From NCBI GenBank assembly GCA_964505415.1, contig CAZDHW010000004.1:5051-69050 (forward strand): a stretch of 64,000 bases of DNA. The letters run 5' to 3'. Within the stretch, counting starts at the first letter, position 1; the number at the start of each line of letters is the position of its first letter. This DNA is from an uncultured bacterium (GTDB lineage Bacteria > Hydrothermota > Tepidihabitantia > Tepidihabitantales > DTDR01). Both the position numbers and the translations under genes were made by a program. Below are positions 27,780-35,141 of this stretch, in pieces. Under the pieces are notes generated by a model that searched no databases, was not told the origin of the DNA, and was given only the letters and a program-made list of their open reading frames with translations.

Positions 27780-30353
27780 ATGAAGTTTATAATTTTTTTA
27801 TTAATTTTTCAAGTTGGTGATAAAGATTTTAAAAAAATTTCTTACTTTTTTAAAACCCATCAGTTTGATTCCAGTATTTTTTATCTTAATCCTCTTTTAA
27901 AGAAAAATAGCCAAGATTCTTTTGGCTACCTTTATTTAGGAAAAAGTTATCTTTTTAAAAAAGATTATAAAAAAGCCAAAGAAATTTTTTTGGTGGCGAA
28001 GAATAAATTCTTAAGCTTTGATAGTCTTCATTATTATTATTTTTTCTCCGCCTTTAAAGAATGGGAGAAAGATACCATAAAGTTAAGAAATTTAAAAAAG
28101 GAAATTAATAATTTTGTGGATTCTCTTTTAAACAATGCCGATGAAAAAAGTCTTTCTTTGGCTTATCGGTTAATTGACTTTTTGGACACCAATTATCCTC
28201 AAAAAATCGTTGCGCTTATTTTAGAAAAATTTCCGGAAAGTAAAATTGGTTATCAAATTATTGGCAATATTTTTTACGATAGTCTTTATCCGATTTGGTA
28301 TAATGATACTTTAAAAATAGAATATTTAAAAAGATTTTTGGAAAAGTTTAAAACAACTGAATGGCGTTTTAATGCTTATCAATTTTTGCTGACTTCCCTT
28401 TATAATTTAAAAAATTACCAGGATCTCTTTTTCTTTACCGAAAAAATGGTAAAAGAAATGCCTAAAGATGTGCGGGCACTTAATTTTGTTGCTTCTTTGT
28501 ATTTAAGATGTGAGACGCTTTTTGCTAAAAGTTTAGAGTATTCTTTTTGGGCATTAAGTTCAATAAAAAATTTTAAGAAACCAAAAAATTTACCCGAAGA
28601 ACAATGGCAGCTTATTTTTCCTAAACTCTTACCCGATATCTTTTTCAATATCGCTCGTTCTTATTATTATCAAAAAAAATATCTTTTGGCTGAAAAATAT
28701 ATTAAAAAAGCATTAAAATTTGAGTTTGATGTGGATAATGATGCTACAAAAGCGCCTTATTATTATTATTCCGGCTTGATAAAAGAAAAAACGGGAAGAA
28801 TAAAAGCAGCAATAAAAGATTATGGTAAAACATTGATTATTGGTGATGTTAATAACTTTTATCCACCAAAAGCCGAAAGTGCTTTAAAAAGAATTTTTGG
28901 GGATACCATTGAGATTGTTTCGTATTTAAGAAAAATTTTTAAATATCGGGGTCCGATTTTTACTGATATTACCAAAGAAGTTGGTTTAGAAAAAGAAAAA
29001 GGTGGACGGGTTGCCTTTGGAGATTTTGATAATGATGGTTATGAAGATTTGTTACTGAATGGTAGTAGATTGTTTAAAAATGATAGTGGTCGTCGATTTT
29101 TGGATAAGACAAAAGAATCGGGTATTTATGGTAATAATAATGGTGGGCTCTTTGCTGATTTAAATAACGATGGTTATTTGGATATTGTTTGTCTTTCCAA
29201 TGAGAAAAAGGGAGAGAAGGTTTTTAAAAACAATGGCGACGGAACTTTTACTGATATGAGTGAAATAGCAAAAATTTATGATGATTATCCAAGCGAAGGT
29301 TTGGGGATGGGTGATATTGATAATGATGGACTTTTAGATATTTATATTGCTAATTATGAAATTTGGGAAGAACACAAATATCTACCTGATTTTTTGTATA
29401 AAAACTTGGGTGATTTTAAATTTGTTGATATTAGTGAAAAAGCAAAAATAAGAGAAGTTGAAAATAAAGCCGGTAGGGGAGTTAATTTTGGTAATTATAA
29501 CGATGACGATTATTTAGATATCTATGTTTCTAATTATCGGCTTTGTGAAAATTTTTTATGGCATAATAATGGTGACTTGACTTTTGAAAATAAAGCCCAT
29601 TATTTAGGAATAGCGGGTGAAGAACGGGAAGGCTATTATGGTCACACTATCGGTTCTGAATGGGGTGATTTTGATAATGACGGTGATTTGGATTTGATTA
29701 CGGCTAATCTGGCTCATCCCCGTTATATCCAATTTTCCAATCGGACGATGTTGTATAAAAATCAGGGAAAACCAAATTACCAATTTCTGGAGGTGCGAAG
29801 AAAGGCAAAAATAAAATATGAGGAAACCCATTCGGACCCGGCCTTTGGTGATGTGGATAATGATGGTGACTTGGATTTGTATCTTACTTCGGTTTATGAA
29901 AATCGTCGTTCTTTTCTCTATTTAAATAACGGGAAGGGAGTTTTTGAAGATGTTACCTATCTTGCTGGGGTACGGGTATTTAACGGTTGGGGATGCGCTT
30001 TTGCCGATTTTGATAATGATGGTGATTTAGATTTGATTGTTGGTTCGGGTTCAGGAGTAAGATTTTTCCGAAACGATACTAAAAATGGAAATAATTATTT
30101 AAAAGTGAAAATGATTGGTAAAAAATCTAATAGGAATGGAATCGGTGCCCGGGTTAAAATAAATATTGGTAAAAAAATTTTATTAAGAGAAGTCACCTGT
30201 GGCAAAGGAACAACCTCTCAATCATCCATTATTTTACATTTTGGGTTGGGAAAGAAAAAGAAAGTGAATTTAAATTACCACTTTCTTTCTAAAGAAGAAA
30301 AAACTTTAAAAAATATTAAAGCCAATCAATTGATAATAATTGAAGAAGAATAA
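27780..30353 (+). CDS. TPR-repeat + FG-GAP/VCBS-repeat + ASPIC/UnbV-domain protein (CRTAC1-like)
   Basis: 857 aa. The N-terminal half is TPR-like. It has at least 7 repeats of GDFDNDG(Y/D)LD(L/I) and a C-terminal NRNGIGARVKI...GKGTTSQSS..LHFGLG (UnbV_ASPIC). Confidence 0.8.
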   Translation: MKFIIFLLIFQVGDKDFKKISYFFKTHQFDSSIFYLNPLLKKNSQDSFGYLYLGKSYLFKKDYKKAKEIFLVAKNKFLSFDSLHYYYFFSAFKEWEKDTIKLRNLKKEINNFVDSLLNNADEKSLSLAYRLIDFLDTNYPQKIVALILEKFPESKIGYQIIGNIFYDSLYPIWYNDTLKIEYLKRFLEKFKTTEWRFNAYQFLLTSLYNLKNYQDLFFFTEKMVKEMPKDVRALNFVASLYLRCETLFAKSLEYSFWALSSIKNFKKPKNLPEEQWQLIFPKLLPDIFFNIARSYYYQKKYLLAEKYIKKALKFEFDVDNDATKAPYYYYSGLIKEKTGRIKAAIKDYGKTLIIGDVNNFYPPKAESALKRIFGDTIEIVSYLRKIFKYRGPIFTDITKEVGLEKEKGGRVAFGDFDNDGYEDLLLNGSRLFKNDSGRRFLDKTKESGIYGNNNGGLFADLNNDGYLDIVCLSNEKKGEKVFKNNGDGTFTDMSEIAKIYDDYPSEGLGMGDIDNDGLLDIYIANYEIWEEHKYLPDFLYKNLGDFKFVDISEKAKIREVENKAGRGVNFGNYNDDDYLDIYVSNYRLCENFLWHNNGDLTFENKAHYLGIAGEEREGYYGHTIGSEWGDFDNDGDLDLITANLAHPRYIQFSNRTMLYKNQGKPNYQFLEVRRKAKIKYEETHSDPAFGDVDNDGDLDLYLTSVYENRRSFLYLNNGKGVFEDVTYLAGVRVFNGWGCAFADFDNDGDLDLIVGSGSGVRFFRNDTKNGNNYLKVKMIGKKSNRNGIGARVKINIGKKILLREVTCGKGTTSQSSIILHFGLGKKKKVNLNYHFLSKEEKTLKNIKANQLIIIEEE

Positions 30354-31474
30354 GTAAAAGAAAATACTTTTTGATAAAAGGCTAACTGATTTTTAGCAAT
30401 AATATCCCAATTAAATTGTTTTGCCCATTCTTTGCCATTATTTCCTAAAAATTTTCTTAATTCTTTATCTTTGATTAATCTTAACATACTTTCCGCCAAT
30501 TGTTGGGGATTATCTCTTTCTACTAATAAACCTGTTTTCTTATCAATTATTAAAGAAGTTAAGGGTTCAATGTTGGAAGCAATAATCGGTTTTCCGCAAG
30601 CTTGGCTTTCACAAGCAACCATTCCGAAAGACTCAAAGCGAGAAGGCATACAGATAAATAAAGAATTTTTTATCATTTCCCTTTTTCTTTCTTTATAAAC
30701 CGGTGGCAGTAATTTAATTTTATCTTCTAATTTTAAAGAAAAAATTAACGTTTTTATCTTTTTTTCATCCTTTCCTTTACCAACAAGATATAGATCAGGT
30801 AACCAATTTTTTGTTAATTTTTCAACTAAAATTTTGTAAGCTGCTATTAGAATATCAATTCCCTTTTGCTCAATGTCAAACCTACCCAAAAAGAGGATAT
30901 AATTTTTCTCTTCACCATTTCCATTAAAAAGTATTTCTTCAACACCATAAGGAATAATAAAAATATTAGCATTGGGATTGATTTTTTTAATTTCTTTTTC
31001 CAGAAGCGAAGACACGGCAATGATATTTTTAAAATTTTTAATAGCGATAATTTCAAAAAGATAACTTAAAATACCCTGAATTTTTTTTAACCCTTTGTAG
31101 TTTTTTAATTCGTATTTGCCAAAAAGATTCTGAAAAAGAGCAATTGTTGGTTTTTTAGTAAATAAAAAACTAAAAACCGGCGAGTGGGCAGAAAAATCTT
31201 CAATTAGAATATCAAAATTTAATTTTTTTATCCAAAAGGGTGCCAAGAAAGAATAAGTTAAACGAGATAAAGGATAATTAAAAGGAAGTCCAATTCTTAA
31301 ATATTTGATATTTTCTTTCTTTTCAATCCTTTGACAATTAGGATAGGCACCGGTGATTACCGTAATTTCCCAATCCTTAGGAAATCTTTTATAGACTTCT
31401 AAAGTTCTTATTGCTCCCCCACCACCACACCAAGGATTAGTAATATCGTCATAAATAAGGTGCAAAATTTTCAT
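30326..31474 (-). CDS. Glycosyltransferase family 4
   Basis: 382 aa. MKILHLIYD...GGGGAIR and FESFGMVACESQACGKPIIASNIEPL. Confidence 0.85.
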   Translation of the reverse strand: MKILHLIYDDITNPWCGGGGAIRTLEVYKRFPKDWEITVITGAYPNCQRIEKKENIKYLRIGLPFNYPLSRLTYSFLAPFWIKKLNFDILIEDFSAHSPVFSFLFTKKPTIALFQNLFGKYELKNYKGLKKIQGILSYLFEIIAIKNFKNIIAVSSLLEKEIKKINPNANIFIIPYGVEEILFNGNGEEKNYILFLGRFDIEQKGIDILIAAYKILVEKLTKNWLPDLYLVGKGKDEKKIKTLIFSLKLEDKIKLLPPVYKERKREMIKNSLFICMPSRFESFGMVACESQACGKPIIASNIEPLTSLIIDKKTGLLVERDNPQQLAESMLRLIKDKELRKFLGNNGKEWAKQFNWDIIAKNQLAFYQKVFSFTYSSSIIIN

Positions 31475-31483
31475 TATTGGAGA

Positions 31484-31511
31484 ATAATAACTAACCCTTT
31501 TAAATTGTCAA
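31484..31511 (-). promoter_or_regulatory. Candidate promoter of GT4 gene 30326-31474
   Basis: Minus strand: TTGACA (31511..31506), 16-nt spacer, TATTAT (31489..31484). The ATG at 31474 is 9 nt downstream and there is no SD. Confidence 0.4.
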
Positions 31512-31523
31512 TAATAAAATTTC

Positions 31524-31600
31524 GGGTAAGATAAGAGATGATTTTTTCGTTATTTTTATTTATGAAATAATTGGTAAAGGGAGCAGTAGGGGATATCATT
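31524..31600. repeat. Intergenic conserved element, copy B (first copy at 3066-3150)
   Basis: Blocks GGGTAAGATAAG (31524-31535), TTTTTCGTTA (31543-31552), AAGGGAG (31577-31583), TAGGG (31587-31591), ATATCATT (31593-31600). Order, orientation and spacing match copy A. Confidence 0.6.
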
Positions 31601-31606
31601 AGGTCA

Positions 31607-32794
31607 TTAATTTTTTAGAGTATCTTTATAAAGGTTTATTATTTCATTAATTATTTTTTCCCAAGAAAAATTTTCCTTTACAAATTGATAGCCCTTTTCG
31701 CCCAAATTTTTTGCCAGTTCTTCATTAGTTAATACCTCAAGAATCTTTTCTTTTAGTGCCTTTTCATCTTTTTCGGGAACCAATATTCCGTTTTCGTAAT
31801 TTTTTACAATATCTAAAATTCCACCGACTGCCGAAGCAATCACTGGTTTTTTGTAAGCCATAGCTTCTAATAACACCACACCGAGCCCTTCAGTGTCGCC
31901 TTTCTCATCAATAATTGCTGGCAAGACAAAAAGGTCACAGTTTTGATAATAATCAGCAAGTTCTTTATCACTTATAAAACCTTTGAATTCCACATGGTTA
32001 TTGAGAGCTAAATCTTTTACCAATTTTTCTAAATTTTCTCTTTCACTGCCATCGCCAATCACGATCAATTTAGCAGCAATCGTTTTTATTACCTCTTTAA
32101 AAGCCAATATTAAATATTTAACCCCTTTCCTTTTTACTAATCGGCCAACAAATAAAATAATTTTTTTCTTTTTTTCTTTTTTAAGTTCTTTTTTTTCAAT
32201 TATTTTGACTGCCGCACCAAAAGGAATAATTTTAATATTTTTATTACTGTACTTTTTCACTTCTCCAGCAGTATAGTGAGAGATAGCAGTAATTTGGTCA
32301 CTTTTTTTAACTATTAATTTTATTAAAAATTTGGTTAATTTTGATTTTAAAAATTTAAATTCCACACTATAAAAGCTACTTATCAATTTTGGTCTTTTAT
32401 GAGCAAAAGGAAGGCTTAAAAAGGCAAAGAAAAAATGGGGAAGGGGCCAATGGATATGAAGGAGATCATAATTTTTTCTTCTTAATAAAATTACCAAATT
32501 TAAAATACCAAAAAATAAATAAAAAATTAATAATATTTTATAAAAAAACCCCTTTTTTAATCTATCGGGGACATTTTCTTCATGGGTTAATTTTTCATAT
32601 TTTTTAAAAAAATAACGAAAACGGTATACTAAAATATCAAAAATTCTTTGGTTTTTTAAACCTAAATAACTGGAGGTATAAACTTCGCAATCAATATTTT
32701 TTTCTTTCAATCTTTTTAAAGTTTCAGTTAACCAAGGAGTAATAACATCTTTTTCATTCCGCGCAAAAGCCGTAGCAATGTGTAAAACTTTCAT
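31607..32794 (-). CDS. Glycosyltransferase family 4
   Basis: 395 aa. EGLGVVLLEAMAYKKPVIASAVGGILDIV, plus an internal hydrophobic segment. Confidence 0.85.
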   Translation of the reverse strand: MKVLHIATAFARNEKDVITPWLTETLKRLKEKNIDCEVYTSSYLGLKNQRIFDILVYRFRYFFKKYEKLTHEENVPDRLKKGFFYKILLIFYLFFGILNLVILLRRKNYDLLHIHWPLPHFFFAFLSLPFAHKRPKLISSFYSVEFKFLKSKLTKFLIKLIVKKSDQITAISHYTAGEVKKYSNKNIKIIPFGAAVKIIEKKELKKEKKKKIILFVGRLVKRKGVKYLILAFKEVIKTIAAKLIVIGDGSERENLEKLVKDLALNNHVEFKGFISDKELADYYQNCDLFVLPAIIDEKGDTEGLGVVLLEAMAYKKPVIASAVGGILDIVKNYENGILVPEKDEKALKEKILEVLTNEELAKNLGEKGYQFVKENFSWEKIINEIINLYKDTLKN

Positions 32795-32802
32795 TTAAAA
32801 AT

Positions 32803-33063
32803 TTAAGAAAGGGAAGTAATATATTCGGCGAGTTTACTTTTAATTCGGGCAGCCTTATTTTTATGGATAATACCAACTTTAGCTGCCTTGTCAATAATTG
32901 ATTGAACCTTAGGAAATAGTTTTAAAGCTTCTTCTTTATTAGTAGTTTTCTTCAATTCTTTTATTGCTTCTTTTAATCTTTCTTTTCGGACTTTATTTCT
33001 TAAATATCTTTTTTTATTTTGTCTTATTCTTTTTAATACTGAAGGTTTCTTTTTCTTTGCCAT
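32803..33063 (-). CDS. rpsT: 30S ribosomal protein S20
   Basis: 86 aa. KKPSVLKRIRQNKKRYLRNK...IDKAAKVGIIHKNKAARIKSKL. SD AGGAG upstream. Confidence 0.9.
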   Translation of the reverse strand: MAKKKKPSVLKRIRQNKKRYLRNKVRKERLKEAIKELKKTTNKEEALKLFPKVQSIIDKAAKVGIIHKNKAARIKSKLAEYITSLS

Positions 33064-33085
33064 TTTTCGTGACTCCTGATTTTTA

Positions 33086-33157
33086 TGCCAGGGCGCGGAA
33101 TCGAACCGCGGACTCCCGGATTTTCAGTCCGGAGCTCTACCTCTGAGCTACCCTGGC
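33086..33157 (-). tRNA. tRNA-Phe (anticodon GAA)
   Basis: The minus strand reads GCCAGGG-TA-GCTC-AGAGGTA-GAGC-T-CCGGA-CTGAAAA-TCCGG-GAGTC-CGCGG-TTCGATT-CCGCG-CCCTGGC-A. Confidence 0.9.
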
Positions 33158-33168
33158 TAATTTATATA

Positions 33169-33196
33169 ATTTTATAAAAATTTTTTTTATTGTCAA
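33169..33196 (-). promoter_or_regulatory. Candidate promoter of tRNA-Phe-rpsT(-GT4) transcript
   Basis: Minus strand: TTGACA (33196..33191), 16-nt spacer, TAAAAT (33174..33169). The tRNA +1 at 33157 is 11 nt downstream. Confidence 0.45.
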
Positions 33197-33217
33197 CAAG
33201 AAAATTATTGTTATAAT
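33190..33217 (+). promoter_or_regulatory. Candidate promoter of 33226-33654 (extended -10)
   Basis: TTGTCA (33190-33195), 16-nt spacer, TGtTATAAT (33209-33217). The ATG at 33226 is 8 nt downstream with no SD. The -35 overlaps the divergent tRNA-Phe -35. Confidence 0.45.
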
Positions 33218-33225
33218 TATTTTAA

Positions 33226-33654
33226 ATGGAAAAAAAAGAAATTAAAATTAATAAAAGGGACCTTTTGTTTGTTTTGCAGAAAAGATTACCGGAAATTGAT
33301 TATTTCTTAGATTTAGAAAAGGGCGAAATAATTCCGGTTTTTGAAATTACTAAAGAAGATTTTTTAAAAATGAAAAATAAATTTCCCCAGCGTTTTTATA
33401 AGCTCAAACCTTTTACTAGTACTGAGACATTTTTTATCGTGAGAAATTTTATTAACCTGATTAAAGATTCAAAAATTAAGAAAGAAATACTTGCTAATTT
33501 AGAAGGAAAAATTTCCTATAAAAAATTTAAAGAAGTTTTAAAAAAATACCAAAAAGAATGGCAGGAATGGTTGATTTACGAACGAAACGAGCTGCTTAAT
33601 TATTTTAAAAAGAAAATAGAAGAAAAATTTCCTATTTTTATCCAGTTTGAATGA
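33226..33654 (+). CDS. Hypothetical protein, UPF0158-like
   Basis: 142 aa. ...EIDYFLDLEKGEIIPV... resembles the UPF0158 N-terminal signature. Recognised from memory only. Confidence 0.4.
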   Translation: MEKKEIKINKRDLLFVLQKRLPEIDYFLDLEKGEIIPVFEITKEDFLKMKNKFPQRFYKLKPFTSTETFFIVRNFINLIKDSKIKKEILANLEGKISYKKFKEVLKKYQKEWQEWLIYERNELLNYFKKKIEEKFPIFIQFE

Positions 33655-33659
33655 CTTTC

Positions 33660-33687
33660 TTGACTTTTAACTAATTTTTATTATAAT
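33660..33687 (+). promoter_or_regulatory. Candidate promoter of the PKD/beta-propeller gene
   Basis: TTGACT (33660-33665), 16-nt spacer, TATAAT (33682-33687). The ATG at 33696 is 8 nt downstream and there is no SD. Confidence 0.5.
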
Positions 33688-33695
33688 AGTTAACT

Positions 33696-35141
33696 ATGAA
33701 AAAATTAATTTTTAAGATTGTTATTTTAGTAATCGTGCTTTTTAGTGGTAAGTGTAAGCAAAATAAACCACCAGAATTGATAAATACAGAAATTCCCCAA
33801 GTAGGTAAAATCAATCAGTTAATTACTTTTAAAGTAAAAGCAAAGGATCCCGAAGGAGAAAAGATAAGTTTTAAATTTGATTTTGGTGATAATAACCAAT
33901 CAGATTGGTCTTCTTATTTTCTTTCCGAATCTACCTATAGTGATACCCATACTTATCAGTATCCCGGACAATTTGTTGTTCAAGTTAAAATAAAGGATAT
34001 TAAAGGAAAAGAAAGTGATTGGATAAAAATAGGAGAAATTGCTATTGCCCCTTTAACTCCCGGTGAAGTTTTTTGGGTTTTTGTATGCGAAGAAGAGGGG
34101 GATACAGCGAGTTTTTATTCAACTCCAATTATTGATGAAGAGGATAGTTTAATTTTTGTTGCTTGTGAAAAAGGACATTTACATGCTATTAAATTTAATG
34201 GTAAAGAAAAATGGCGTTTTTCTTTATTGGAAGAAGAAAGAATAATTTCTTCGCCATTAATGGATGATTATAAAAATATTTATTTCGTAACCGAAGATGG
34301 TAAAATAATTTCTTTGACTAAGGATGGCCGATTAAGATGGGAAAGAGATTTATTTAATCCTTTCTATGCTTCTCCGGCCTTGGGGAGAAATAACGAAATT
34401 TATTTCCAAAGTGAAGATAGTATTTTTGCTTTTTCTATTACGGGTGAAATACTTTGGACAAAAAGTTATGGCGGTGGTAACAATTCTCCCATAGTTGATT
34501 TTGAAGGTAATGTCTATTTTGCCAGTGAAAAAGATAGCTTTTTTTTAGCTTGCAATTATAATGGTATAACCCGATTTATCTTTACTTTTGATTGTGCCGT
34601 TATAAATTCACCCTTTTTTATCAATAGCAAAAAAATTCTTTTGGGCTTAGAAAATAACCAAATTGTCTGTATGGATACTCGGGGAGAAACTTTGTGGTCA
34701 AGGATTTTAGGTGAACCAGTAACTTCTTCCGGTGTGCTTTTTGATGATACCAATTTTTATGTAGTTACCAAATACGGTAGTATTTATAAGGGCGATGGTA
34801 ATGGCAATTTTATACCAGTAATTTCTATCTCTTGTGATTTAACCTCTTCTTTGGCAATTTCGAAAGATAATTACCTTTATTTTCGAGCAAGTTGGGAAGA
34901 TAGTGAGGATGATACTTTGTATTGTTTTACCACTGATGGAAAAGTCATTTTTAGCATACCAATACCGGGAGAAGACGAATCAGAAGATTGGGAAATCTTG
35001 GCTTCGCCCAAAATCGGTCCTGACGGAACAGTCTATATTGCTACGGCTAAAGGGCTTTACGCAATTGTTGGCAAAGAAAAAGCAAAAAATACTGGTTGGT
35101 ATTCTTTCCGAAAAGATAATCGGAATACCGGTAGAAGATAA
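33696..35141 (+). CDS. Secreted PKD-domain + PQQ-like (BamB-like) beta-propeller repeat protein
   Basis: 481 aa. Signal peptide; PKD-like FKFDFGDNNQSDW...HTYQYPGQFVVQVKIKD; then repeated ...G(K/E)..W.. beta-propeller blades. Confidence 0.65.
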   Translation: MKKLIFKIVILVIVLFSGKCKQNKPPELINTEIPQVGKINQLITFKVKAKDPEGEKISFKFDFGDNNQSDWSSYFLSESTYSDTHTYQYPGQFVVQVKIKDIKGKESDWIKIGEIAIAPLTPGEVFWVFVCEEEGDTASFYSTPIIDEEDSLIFVACEKGHLHAIKFNGKEKWRFSLLEEERIISSPLMDDYKNIYFVTEDGKIISLTKDGRLRWERDLFNPFYASPALGRNNEIYFQSEDSIFAFSITGEILWTKSYGGGNNSPIVDFEGNVYFASEKDSFFLACNYNGITRFIFTFDCAVINSPFFINSKKILLGLENNQIVCMDTRGETLWSRILGEPVTSSGVLFDDTNFYVVTKYGSIYKGDGNGNFIPVISISCDLTSSLAISKDNYLYFRASWEDSEDDTLYCFTTDGKVIFSIPIPGEDESEDWEILASPKIGPDGTVYIATAKGLYAIVGKEKAKNTGWYSFRKDNRNTGRR

